Positions 13,437 to 25,688 of a stretch of DNA of 64,000 bases are shown in pieces. Positions within the stretch are counted from its first letter, which is position 1, and each line of letters opens with the position of its first letter. Made by a program: the position numbers and the translations under genes. Source of the stretch: Eledone cirrhosa. Its lineage: Eukaryota. Location: assembly GCA_964016885.1 (NCBI GenBank), contig OZ024741.1:84258001-84322000 (forward strand), given 5' to 3'. The notes beneath the pieces are model-generated. The model saw only the letters and a list, made by a program, of their open reading frames with translations. It had not been told where the DNA came from and did no database searches.

Positions 13437-13550
13437 AGTTAAAATCCCGTCGAGGTTAACTATGTCTTTCATCCTTACGGGGTTGATAAAATAAAGTACT
13501 AGTAATGTACTGAGTAATTGCTGGCCTTGTGCCAAAAGAAGAAACAACTA
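13437..13550 (+). mobile_element. SINE, 5-prime-truncated
   Basis: B-box to tail (CTTTCATCCTTACGGGGTTGATAAAATAAAGTAC..GGCCTTGTGCC..GAAACAA). Confidence 0.88.
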
Positions 13551-14147
13551 TTTTAATGACCTGTCATTTTCGTTTACAATTTTATTTACATCATTCTTAA
13601 ACTCCGGAGCTGGAAATCATTCGGTTATTTTAAATAGAATATTAGTCTAACGACTCCATTTACACCATAAACTTAGTCTCGTCTTTGCATGAAATTGTCC
13701 ACATAACGACGTATTATCCTCGCTTTTTTTCCGTTCATAACCAGGGAACGTCTTCACGAACCAAAATATCGCCTTCCTGATTTCCTTCGGTTGCAACGTT
13801 TCTCAAAATACTTAATTCAGCGTCAACAGATAGAATTTATTAGTTTAAGAAGATCCCGGTAATGTTGAAAGCAGCGATTTTTGCTTAAACTTTCTGAAAC
13901 CCTCTCACTTTTTTCTCATACCTTCTCTCTCTCTCTCTATCTGATTATCTTGTACCTCTCTCTGTATAATGACCTATCTCACTCTCTCTCTCTCTCTACA
14001 TCTCCCTTTCTCTCTTTAGATGTATATGTATATGTGTGTGTGTGATATATATATAGAGAGAGAGAGTTGCAACATGTATGTAGTTTCATAGATTCTTGAG
14101 GGTATAAACAGAGCATATAAATAAATTTACAGTAGAATAACATAGCA

Positions 14148-14240
14148 AATATATTTTAAATATATACACAAACTACAATATATTTTAAATATATACACAA
14201 ACTACAATATATTTTAAATATATACACAAACTACAATATT
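14148..14240. repeat. 29-bp minisatellite x3
   Basis: AATATATTTTAAATATATACACAAACTAC repeated three times exactly. Confidence 0.95.
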
Positions 14241-15410
14241 AAAGAAAATGCAAAGGAAGGGGTGAACAACGGAGCCAACACCAGAGCAAAAGTCAGTAAC
14301 GTCGCGAGTACTGGGCAACCTCTCTAATTTTGAGGCAAGCCAGCACACTCGCAGCGTTGCTTCGGATGATGGCGAGGCTGAAGCGCTGAAACATCGTTTT
14401 AAATGACTTTTTAATGGAAATGAAGCAAAATGGAGGCTTAATGTTGAAACATCGAACTCATAAATTTTGCAGGCCCGAAACTGTTCACGTATTTTTGTAC
14501 GCGTAGTTTATTCGTAACGTAAATAGATAAACAAGTAACGCCTTAAAAGTGAAATAACTCGTCTATCATCTCTATTTATACATTTGAACTGAAAAATCAA
14601 TACATTACAAATTCGATTTTTGCACTTGGCGTGGGTCGATTTGAAAATATTTTTGACCGATATCTCCGCCGGACCTTTTGAAAAATAGTTTAATTAGGAA
14701 TAAGTTTAAATTAGTAATAAGTATTAGTTAGTATTCAGTTTTAGTTTTAAGTGTTCACCGGTTGCGCATTTCTCATGCTTTTCAAAAATAATTTTGAGAT
14801 AGAGTGCCCGTGATTATTGCTCTCATCTGATCAGTTTTAGAAATTCTTCCTGTTTTATGTGAAAAAAGTGGCTTGAGAGTATTGAGATTTGGTTGGTTGT
14901 TGAATGTCACGTGAATAAGCACTATAAATTTCGCGCCAATTCGTGTTGCAAAAATTCTTGTAGTCAAAACAATTTTGATTGGTCGGTAGAAGTCAGGTGA
15001 ATGTTTAAATTGATTTTAGAGCGAACTGGTTTCGCGCAAATGTATGTTTGTAGAAGAGTTTCCTTTTCCGCTTGATTGAGTTGCAGTCATGTTCAGAGGT
15101 CAACAGTTCAGGTGTCTATTAAGACAAATATGTGTGTGTATGTGTGTGTATGTGTGTGTGTGCGTGTGTGTAGCAAAGTGGTTCATTGTTGTGATAATGG
15201 AAATGAATATCAGTCAGTAGGAATGTGTGTGTGCGTGTGTGTGTCTTTCGGGGGTTATTTTACCAAGTTGAAATATATTTTTTAGCTCTTTTCTTATACG
15301 GAGAAGTGTGTGTGTGTGTGTGTGTGTGTACATGTATGTCTGTATGTTAGTGTACGCGTGTGCATGCGTGTGCGTGTGTCTGTGTCTGTGTCTGTGTCTG
15401 TGTCTGTGTC

Positions 15411-15442
<32 letters not shown>

Positions 15443-15898
15443 CGTGGATGGAACAGTATGTTTGTGGTACCTGTAAAAATGGCGTACATTATTCGATAAT
15501 TTCAGTCATTTGCAAAAACGATATACATATATATATGTATATACATATTTATATGTATATATGTATACATACATAAATACAGACAGATAGACAAATACAC
15601 ACCCACACACATATACATAGAGGCAAGCACACGTGATCGAATAGCAAAGTATAAAATTCTGAAATAATCAATAAAAGAGCCAGTCTGCTATAAGAAATTA
15701 ATGCCATGTAGTAATGTGAGCTGATGTCTTCGCCAAACACACAGAAACATGTATATATAAAGGCGCATATGCACATACAGACACACGCACTCATATGTAT
15801 ACACACGTCCATTCACACACAAGCAAGAAAAGGAGATTTATTTTGTGTTAATACCATGTGTGTAGAAAGAACGTATCTATAAAATGACGATTTCATTG

Positions 15899-15947
<49 letters not shown>

Positions 15948-16314
15948 CGACTCACTCATTATGTCTCCTGATAGGATAATTCTTTATCGACAAGGCAACT
16001 GGAGGATATTTGTGTGTACATTTGTGTATATGTATGTGAGTTTATATAAATATATAAATATATATATAATTATATATATGTATATATATATATATTATAT
16101 ATATATATATGTATGTATATAAATTTATAAATATGTATATCTATCTATCTATATAAATATGCTGGGTCCGTTAACTCTTTATTATCTCTCTCTATATATA
16201 TTAATTAATATATATGTATATCTATCTATCTCCCTCTCTCTGTATATATATATGTATATATATATATTGTTATATTTTGGGAGGGTCATGTTGCCAATAA
16301 CAAATTCAGAAACG

Positions 16315-16347
<33 letters not shown>

Positions 16348-16454
16348 GAAACATGCATACATACACACATACATACACACGTACATGCATATATATCTAT
16401 ATATACATATATATATAGAGAGAGAGAGACAGAGAGATCGATAGACATATATTA

Positions 16455-16549
<95 letters not shown>

Positions 16550-16814
16550 GATATCTATAATTTATAAATATATTTTCTTTAATTATATCAGACAAGCAAA
16601 GAAAGAGGTAATTCTAAAATGCTAGTCATCGCCAAAATGTAACAATGATGCTGCTGCTGCGGATGATCATGATAATGTTGATGATAATGTAGGGCATTGT
16701 TTTCTTTCCAAATTATCATAGCCTATATCATCTAAAACATACATATAACTGTCAGTATCTATATGTATAAATATATATATATACTTATTTATACACACAC
16801 ACACACACACGCAC

Positions 16815-16862
<48 letters not shown>

Positions 16863-17268
16863 TGATGAGCAGAACAAACAAACATTAAACAATCCTTTAA
16901 ATAAATTAAAAAATAATTTAAATATCTACCTGTTCATAATGCTATTACCGGCGGTTTCCATCCACAAAAAAAATAGAAATTCGGAGAATTTCCAACGGAA
17001 AGTAGATTTCTTCAGATAGCTATTTCCATTCTATAGGACATTTGTCGCACGGTCAGCAAATATAATGCTAATTACCAGCACGTATGGGCTATAGCCGTTA
17101 AAGTGACCCGTACGTGACCTGGCCACTAGAGCAAGCGGGAATATTATAGACTTGTTGATGGCTTGGCTGCTAAAAAAATAGCAGTAAGCAACAACGAATT
17201 TTTTCTCTACATAGATTGGAGAATATATAAAAATGAGGTAAATAATATATATATATATATTTATATAT

Positions 17269-17932
17269 ATATGAATGTATATATAGTGTAGTTTGCAATA
17301 CACTGTATGCTTAATTAAAAGCATTTTGAAGACAATACGCTATTGTTTCAAAGTAGCAACATTGTCGCTTACTTATATTTTCGGCAAACAGGGGGAGATA
17401 AGTTGACAGCGCTGTTTCTTACTTTTTGGTACTTATCAAAATCACTACTCTCCCCGTCTGCCGAAAATTTAAGTAAGCGACGATGTCGCTACTTTCAAAC
17501 AATAGCGTATGGTCTTCAAAATGCTTTTAATTAAGCATACAGTGTATTGCAATATAGACTGTATATACATTCATATATATATATCGCTATTTCAGAGCAG
17601 CAATTCTAATTTTCAATTTCTGCTGTGTCGGCGACCGCTCTGTAAAATCAGTTCCTGATTGTTACTGGAATTCTATAAGAATACAACACACATAATTTTC
17701 GGCAGACGGGGAGAGTAGTGAGTTTTGATAAGTACCAAAAAGTACGAAACAGTGCTGTCAACTTATTTCCCCCTGTATGCCGAAAATATAAGTAAGCGAC
17801 AATGTTGCCACTTTAAAACAATAGCGTATTGTCTTCAAAATGCTTTTAATTAAGCATAGAGTGTATTGCAAAATACACTATATATACATTCATATATATA
17901 TATCGCTATTTCAGAACACCAATTCTAATTTA
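17269..17932 (+). mobile_element. Retrozyme-like non-coding element, locus 1 (319-bp monomer; about 1.5 direct copies plus an inverted partial copy)
   Basis: ATATCGCTATTTCAGA recurs at 17581 and 17900; 17269-17468 is the reverse complement of about 17695-17895; contains an HHR; (TA)n on both sides; a second locus lies at 25687-26242. Confidence 0.85.
17695..17787 (+). ncRNA. Type I hammerhead ribozyme, U3-A8 core variant
   Basis: Stem I TGAGTT/AACTTA extended by ATTTTCGGCA/TGCCGAAAAT; core TTGATAA 17725-17731; stem II GTAC-CAAAAA-GTAC; GAAA 17746-17749; stem III ACAG-TG-CTGT; GUC cleavage after 17759. An inverted copy lies at about 17375-17468. Confidence 0.88.
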
Positions 17933-17964
17933 TATATATTTTATATATATATATATATATATAT

Positions 17965-18212
17965 CGTAGCAAAAGCGCCCGCTGTTGCCGGGAACACCTT
18001 TCGCCACTCTAAATAAAGACGCCGACCACCTCTCTCCTCAATATGGTCGACTTTAAATAGCCTCAGACCTCTGCTATTTTAGAGGAGATCAAGATTTAAA
18101 CTATATGGTGACATACTACGGGACCTAAATAAGCTATGTATCAAATTTGAATAAAATCGAATGGAAACTGCGTAAAGGCATCGCCTGCATACGGACTAAC
18201 ATGCATTATACA
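17965..18212 (-). mobile_element. Second, more decayed Helitron-like element
   Basis: GTAGCAAAAGCGCCCGCTGTTGCCGGG end and TGTATCAAATTTGAATAAAATCG block parallel the 12863 element. Confidence 0.45.
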
Positions 18213-18499
18213 TTGGAAGAGTCATGATACAATAAAACACCCGCACTATTTCAGACTTTCACTCCAGCTGATTGACTTCAGTTGATTATTAATTGATTAA
18301 TCCATTCATCGGTTAGTTTAGTAACCAGATGTTTATTCAATTGTCTTACATCCAGTGACTTGATATTATAGGTTTTCTTGTTCTGTTTAGCTTCATCTTC
18401 TCTTCAATGAATGGATTACTTAATAATAACCTGAAGTGAAATATCATCTGTGTCAACACGTAATTTCTAATAATGTATCTTGCAAATCAAATTGAAAAG

Positions 18500-18792
18500 T
18501 GAAGAATATATATTTATATATAAAGTGATCACAACTCCGATACTATGGGTATGTGGTTATAATATTTCAGAATAGAATCGCTGGACAAATTTTGCGGACA
18601 AAACCAATCGGCAAGCGACCCAGAGATAGGGATAGAGCCAGAGCATGATAGTTGGATAACATCCAGGAGCTTGGCTGGTCACGCTTGGGGATCCAGCCGG
18701 ATCGGTTGGAGAGGGTTGCTTCTGAGAGGACCCACTGGAAGGAATGTTTGAGGATTCACGACAGAAATAAATGGACGAAAAAGAAGATGAAG

Positions 18793-18795
<3 letters not shown>
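18500..18795 (+). mobile_element. RTE-clade LINE 3-prime end
   Basis: LDNIQELGWSRLGIQPDRLERVASERTHW matches the RTE C-terminal pattern; short GAAGAT-like tail followed by (TA)n. Confidence 0.75.
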
Positions 18796-18851
<56 letters not shown>

Positions 18852-19544
18852 TAGAAGGGGTATTTAATTTGTTGGAAGTCCGACAAATATAAATGTTTAT
18901 AACTGATTTAGAGCACTCAACAAGTTACTGGAGTAAATATTCAATGATATTAAATAAATAGAATCTATATTTATAAAACCATATTTATTTTATTATATAT
19001 ATTTCTAGGGTACCAAGACAACATTGGTATGCTTTCATCAGATAAAATACAAAGTTTGTTTTATAAATAGAAACATATCCATGAAAATCATACCTTATCG
19101 GTTGGAAATTCATTGGATAGTGGAAATATATTAGGGATTATTCAAACTTATGTGTGAATATGCAAATGAATATGTAAATAATTGAAAAACAACCGTTTAT
19201 TTAAACGAGACTGGAGAAAGCGGGAGAGAAGATAAGGGGAGAAAGATCAAAATAGTACGAGAGAGAGAGGGGAAGAAATAAACAAGAGAGGATGAATAAA
19301 ACTCATATAACGTTAATTTGGTAAGTAAATATCTTAATAGTACGTGCATTTACGATTATTAGTTGTTTAAAATTTGTTTATAATATAATATTTTTGTGTT
19401 ATAAGTAGATAAATAAATAAATAGATGGGTATATCATGTAATAGATAAATGTTTTAATGAGTTATGAGGGATATTGGTTTCGTATTTAATGTAAGTAAAT
19501 ATTAAGTTATATTAAATTAAATTAACTATATATATATATATAAA

Positions 19545-20330
19545 ATAACAGGAGGCTGGACTGGTGTAAATCCTTGAAAGGTTTATTATACTATGATCAT
19601 TTCAATGACTGCGTTCAGTATGAATCCGGTGATATCATCAGGTATTCAAAATATAACAAATGAATATAACAGATAAAATCAATGGGGCTGAAAATCAGAG
19701 ACAAGAGGACGACCGACTATTTAGTAGCTTCTACCTCAGTCGGCCGCCCTCAAGTGTTGATTATTAAGTCTACTTATGACCATCTGGTGAGGAGGCGTAA
19801 GCTTATAATATGCTACTACCTCTCCATCAAAGAGAAATGTCAGCGTTGAGGTAACGCCACAATCAGGCTGACTATGTGTGCTAGAAATTGCCGAAAAGGG
19901 CATATATAGTGGGCGTCTGTATGGTATGTGTGGACAGAAATTTCGGTTAGCAATTAGAAACGTTAAACTTAAGTTTAGAGTTATAGGATGAAGTTAGAAA
20001 AATAAGGTTTAAGGTTTGGGTTGTGAGATTTAGTTAAAGCTCCATGGATTTTATCTGTTATATTCCTTTGTTATATTTTGAATACCTTATGATATCATCG
20101 AATTCATACTGAACCCGGTCATTGAAATGATCATAGTATAATAAACATTTCAAGGATTTACACCAGCCCAGCATCCTGTTAGTTTATAATAAACTCCGTA
20201 CTCGCACCACCAACTACACAAACGAAGACGAGTGAGTTGCATTACGTTGAGTGCTCTCCATAATATTGCATCGAGATTGACCATACGGAATGACCAGTTC
20301 TAGCCAGTGGTGAACCAACAAACCTAAATA
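19545..20330 (+). mobile_element. PLE-like terminal-repeat element with inverted arms (19545-19689 / 20038-20182)
   Basis: Arms are reverse complements; each holds an HHR motif; (TA)n at both edges; no coding remnant recognised. Confidence 0.7.
19588..19645 (-). ncRNA. Type I hammerhead motif with palindromic stem III
   Basis: Minus strand ATAC-CTGATGA-stem II-GAAA-TGATCAT-A-GTAT; palindrome ATGATCAT; the partner copy at about 20083-20140 has core CTTATGA. Confidence 0.7.
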
Positions 20331-20367
20331 TATATATGGGGGGGGGGGGGGGGTTATGTGCGTGTGT

Positions 20368-20760
20368 AAAATTCGTTCATCTAAAGATATACGCTATGTT
20401 TAATAAATAAACATTTTGATGGCCAGCACAGTCCAGCGGAATCCACCAGTGTCAAGGGGGATATTTGTCTATGGATTTCGAACTTAAATAGTTCCCGTCA
20501 GGGCAATGATTCCATCTGCCTACTATATGTACTTCTTTAGCCTGTGTAAATGGGCTCATTAGCCTCATTTGCATACCAAGATGAATTCCGCTAGATGGTA
20601 CTGGCCGTCAGCCTTCTATTCATAGTTGAGCCTTTCAAAATGTTTATTTATTAAACATTCCGTATTTCTTTAGATGTACGAACTTCAGATGTATGTATAT
20701 ATACAGCTATGTCGAAGCTAAATTCTAATTATATCTTAAATTGAGCCAGCTTGTGTTGAC
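20368..20760. mobile_element. Foldback MITE-like repeat
   Basis: ATGTTTAATAAATAAACATTTTGA (20397-20420) is inverted at 20635-20658, with further inner and outer pairing. Confidence 0.75.
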
Positions 20761-21644
20761 ATGAGAGTAATTCTGAGCAATCTCGTTGCTAACATATTTC
20801 CTGTTGAAGACGTTGCAGCCAATTAAAAGGCTTGATCGCGTGAATAATGATATTATGACACAGCCATGTACGGAAATTTAACCTACCAAGTACCCTATTA
20901 ATTATAGAATATATAACCGACATTAAGCTATGTATTCAATCTGTGTATAGACATACGACACCGGTGCTTTGAAAAAGCAACACCAAATATCACCCCGGGG
21001 CATATCAATGAATCGGATGTAGGGGTGGATCTCCCAGCTCACGCTACTTCCGCTAGATATTAACATTTTAGCAAGTCATAGGTATGAAGACAAAACCTGA
21101 GAATCCCTAATTTACCTCCTTTCTATGAAATAGTGGCGATAGTAGATTACTCGCCTGCTATGCTCGGTGCGGAGGAAAGTGATCTTGGGAGGAAGTAATC
21201 GTAAAGATTGGGTGAAATAAAGAGCATAGTATCAATTAAATTGGATTAAAGATTCAATTAACAGGATATAATTAAATTGAATTAAATTAATAGAAAAATA
21301 TATTTAGACTTTAACAAAAATTTGTAGATATACTGCTTAACTATAAGTTGACTTGGAGAATGCACAGAAGATCTGTTCTCCAAAACCAGAACCATGTTAT
21401 AAAGCAGTTTCATGGAATAGATTCCTATGGCCAAAAATACTACACAGAGGAGATTCAATTAAACAATGTGTGAATTGCATCAGAGTGGAATCTTGTGATA
21501 TAAATTGGAATGCCCAGGGTGAAGATTGAATTGTCAGAATGTTCCCCCACGGTTGTGTTTCTCTGTCACTATGCCTGACTGCTCACATCCGAAAGTTGTT
21601 GTTCAGTTATATATACTTAAAATGATGGGCAAAAGTTTGACATT

Positions 21645-21740
21645 GGCTCCTTAGCTTAAAGGTTAAAACCTCTAGCCCGTATCTGGAAGATTTATGGTTC
21701 AATTCATCATAGCGGTCGCTGGCAAATTATTTTTACAGCT
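21645..21740 (+). mobile_element. Decayed tRNA-like SINE head
   Basis: A-box TAGCTTAAAGG and B-box GGTTCAATTC at tRNA-like spacing; no full cloverleaf. Confidence 0.4.
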
Positions 21741-21844
21741 TTAAAGTGTCTTCACCCTATTTTATAAGTTATCTTTATAACATTTCTGTGTTTGAGCACT
21801 TTATGTATACTTTTATATATAGATATATTCTCAGCGACATTATT

Positions 21845-21904
<60 letters not shown>

Positions 21905-22406
21905 ATATATCAGGATTGAACTAGTTTTAAAGCAGTTAGACCACAATTCAACAGAATACTCGAGACGTGGGATAGTAGAGTATGACCATATTAGAAAGAT
22001 TAGTCGGTGAATCGTTAGGCGAAGATAACGGGAATACGGGCAAAACAGAATACAGTTCCTTCTCATGAGTCGACTGCGGTTTCGTCGTTTCAGTAATTAA
22101 TTTCGATACCACAAGCTCCAGTCAATTGGTTTTTTTAAAACTATTTACAAATAAATAAAGTTTGCTACAAATCAATGTGCTGCAACTAGGAAGAAGAAAT
22201 GAAATAAAGCCCAACAAGAGAACGTGTATATATTTCAACGGAATCTATGAAGATGAAGGCGGTAATACTGTGATTCTACCATGTGATCATATACTAAATA
22301 ATATAATGTAAATATTTCTTTAATATAATTTCAAATTTAAACCTCAAGTATATTGTAGCAGTTTTAATAATTATATATTAGCAACTATCTATGATCATAA
22401 ATATAT

Positions 22407-22452
22407 AATTGTTTCTACTTTAGGCACAAGGCCAGCAATTACCCAGTAAATA
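22407..22452 (-). mobile_element. SINE 3-prime tail fragment
   Basis: AATTGTTTCTACTTTAGGCACAAGGCCAGCAATTACCCAGT matches the tails of the full copies. Confidence 0.85.
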
Positions 22453-22580
22453 TATAATGTTTTTATGTCAAAATTATATATGAATAATTTCAAATGTTAC
22501 TGGCGTGAAAATGAGATGTGAGTTTACAGGAATGTCCTCTCTTTACATATACAATATATATTCACATATATATTTGTATG

Positions 22581-22648
22581 AGCATAAACGTATGAATATG
22601 ATTATATATATATATATATATATATAATCATATTCATACGTTTATGCT
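22581..22648. repeat. Perfect 68-bp palindrome centred on (TA)12
   Basis: AGCATAAACGTATGAATATGAT-(TA)12-ATCATATTCATACGTTTATGCT. Confidence 0.97.
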
Positions 22649-25333
22649 TAAACCATTTTGTTTGTTTACCCTAGCGTCCCCCTTATTTACGTGTCCCAAC
22701 GACTTTTTTTAGCCGTTGCTCGCACCAACCTGAGGTATATGGCCTTTAATGCGACGAAATGCCTACGACGGTTGGAAGGCCACTGATGAGGACAAACTTT
22801 TTCATATGTAACCCATTTGCAGCGCCGCAGCTCCATTATTATCATATATACACATATATTTCTTCCTCCGCTGCCACCAGTCTGTTTCGTTCTTTGTGTC
22901 TTTACTCTTTCTAGCAGTCTCTTTCTCTCTCTGTTAGCCTCTTCCTCACCTTTCACTCACTCACTCTCTGTCACTACCTCTCCTCCTCCCCTTTCTTCCC
23001 ATTTGACCTGTCCGTAATCCTTTTCTCGCGGACACTTGGCCAAGCCGGTATGAATTTTTTTTCTCTCTCTCTCGTCTGCGACTTCACAGAACTTATGTTT
23101 ACCGAATTCGCAGACCAGACCCCTTCTTCCTCCCGTTAGACCTGTGCGAAATTCCTTCCTTGCTCACATTTCAACCAGGTTTGATGGTCTTTATTCTCTC
23201 GTTCACGATTCCACCGAATTTATATTCATAGAAATCTGGGACTTGTTTCTTCTTCATCACTTTCTGTTGCTTAAACCATTTTATTTGTTTACCCTAGCGT
23301 CCCCCTTATTTACGTGTCCCAACGACTTTTTTTAGCCGTTGCTCGCACCAACCTGAGGTATATGGCCTTTAATGCGACGAAATGCCTACGACGGTTGGAA
23401 GGCCACTGATGAGGACAAATTTTTTCATATGTAACCCATTTGCAGCGCCGCAACTCCATTATTATCATATATACACATATATTTTTTCCTCCGCTGCCAC
23501 CAGTCTGTTTCGTTCTTTGTGTCTTTACCCTTTCTAGCAGTCTCTCTCTCTCTCTGTTAGCCTCTTCCTCACCTTTCACTCACTCACTCTCTGTCACTAC
23601 CTCTCCTCCTCCCCTTTCTTCCCGTTTGACCTGTCCGTATTCCTTTTCTGGCGGGTATTTGGCCAAGCCGGTATGAATTTTTTTTTGTTCTCTCTCTCTC
23701 TCGTCTGCGACTTCACAGAACTTATGTTTACCGAATTCGCAGACCAGACCCCTTCTTCTTCCAGTTAGACCTGTGCGAAATTCCTTCCTTGCTCACATTT
23801 CAACCAGGTTTGATGGTCTTTATTCTCTCGTTCACGATTCCACCGAATTTATATTCATAGAAATCTGGGAATTGTTTCTTCTTCATCACTTTCTGTTGCT
23901 TAAACCATTTTGTTTGTTTACCCTGGCATCCCCCTTATTTACGTGTCTCAACGACTTTTTTTTAGCCGTTGCTCGCACCAACCTGAGGTATATGGCCTTT
24001 AATGCGACGAAATGCCTACGACGGTTGGAAAGCCACTGATGAGGACAAACTTTTTCATATGTAACCCATTTGTAGCGCCGGAGCTCCATTATTATCATAT
24101 TTACACAGATATTTTGTCCTCCGCTGCCACCAGTATGTTTCGTTCTTTGTGTCTTTACCCTTTCTAGCAGTCTCTCTCTCTGTTAGCCTCTTCCTCACCT
24201 TTCACTCACTCACTCTCTGTCACTACCTCTCCTCCTCCCCTTTCTTCCCGTTTGACCTGTCCGTAATCCTTTTCTCGCAGGCACTTGGCCAAGCCGGTAT
24301 GAATTTTTTTTTTCTCTCTCTCGTCTGCGACTTCACAGAACTTATGTTTACCGAATTCGCAGACCAGACCCCTTCTTCTTCCAGTTAGACCTGTGCGAAA
24401 TTCCTTCCTTGCTCACATTTCAACCAGGTTTGATGGTCTTTATTCTCTCGTTCACGATTCCACCGAATTTATATTCATAGAAATCTGGGACTTGTTTCTT
24501 CTTCATCACTTTCTGTTGCTTAAACCATTTTGTTTGTTTACCCTAGCGTCCCCCTTATTTACGTGTCCCAACGACTTTTTTTAGCCGTAGCTCGCACCAA
24601 CCTGAGGTATATGGCCTTTAATGAGACTAAATGCCTATGACGGTTGGAAGGCCACTGATGAGGACAAACTTTTTCATATGTAACCCATTTGCAGCGCCGC
24701 AGCTCCATTATTATCATATTTACACATATATTTTTTCCTCCGCTGCCACCAGTATGTTTCGTTCTTTGTGTCTTTACCCTTTCTAGCAGTCTCTCTCTCT
24801 GTTAGCCTCTTCCTCACCTTTCACTCACTCACTCTCTGTCACTACCTCTCCTCCTCCCCTTTCTTCCCGTTTGACCTGTCCGTAATCCTTTTCTCGCAGG
24901 CACTTGGCCAAGCCGGTATGAATTTTTTTTTTCTCTCTCTCTCGTCTGCGACTTCACAGAACATATGTTTACCGAATTCGCAGACCAGACCCCTTCTTCC
25001 TCCCGTTAGACCTGTGCGAAATTCCTTCCTTGCTCACATTTCAACCAGGTTTGATGGTCTTTATTCTCTCGTTCACGATTCCACCGAATTTATATTCATA
25101 GAAATCTGGGACTTGTTTCTTCTTCATCACTTTCTGTTGCTTAAACTATTTTGTTTGTTTACCCTAGCGTCCCCCTTATTTACGTGTCCCAACGACGTTT
25201 TTTAGCCGTTGCTCGCACCAACCTGAGGTATATGGCCTTTAATGCGACGTAATGCCTACGACGGTTGGAAGGCCACTGATGAGGACAAACATTTTCATAT
25301 GTAACCCATTTGCAGCGCCGCAGCTCCATTATT

Positions 25334-25340
<7 letters not shown>
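22645..25340 (+). repeat. Tandem array of a ~623-bp non-coding unit, 4.3 copies (retrozyme-like candidate)
   Basis: TGCTTAAAC starts units at 22645, 23268, 23897, 24517 and 25138; scattered substitutions only; pyrimidine-rich plus strand; ends in (TA)n. Confidence 0.97.
22720..22795 (+). ncRNA. Candidate permuted hammerhead motif (one per repeat unit)
   Basis: AGGTA-TA-TGGCCTT ... C-GAAA-TGCCT ... AAGGCCA-CTGATGA-G; stems I and III pair in correct register, stem II is weak. Confidence 0.5.

Positions 25341-25686
<346 letters not shown>

Positions 25687-25688
<2 letters not shown>

Noticed and set aside
19955-20037. Degenerate TTAGGG-like repeats next to a PLE-like arm
   Set aside because: Too degenerate to call telomeric; similar tracts are common inside other repeats.
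22740-22782. Possible twister ribozyme (stem followed by TAA-TGC)
   Set aside because: The P2 partner, P4 loop and pseudoknot residues are missing.
22687-25205. Repeated 60-145 aa ORFs in the 623-bp array
   Set aside because: No domain signature, variable lengths and frameshifts between units; they recur only because the DNA is repeated.
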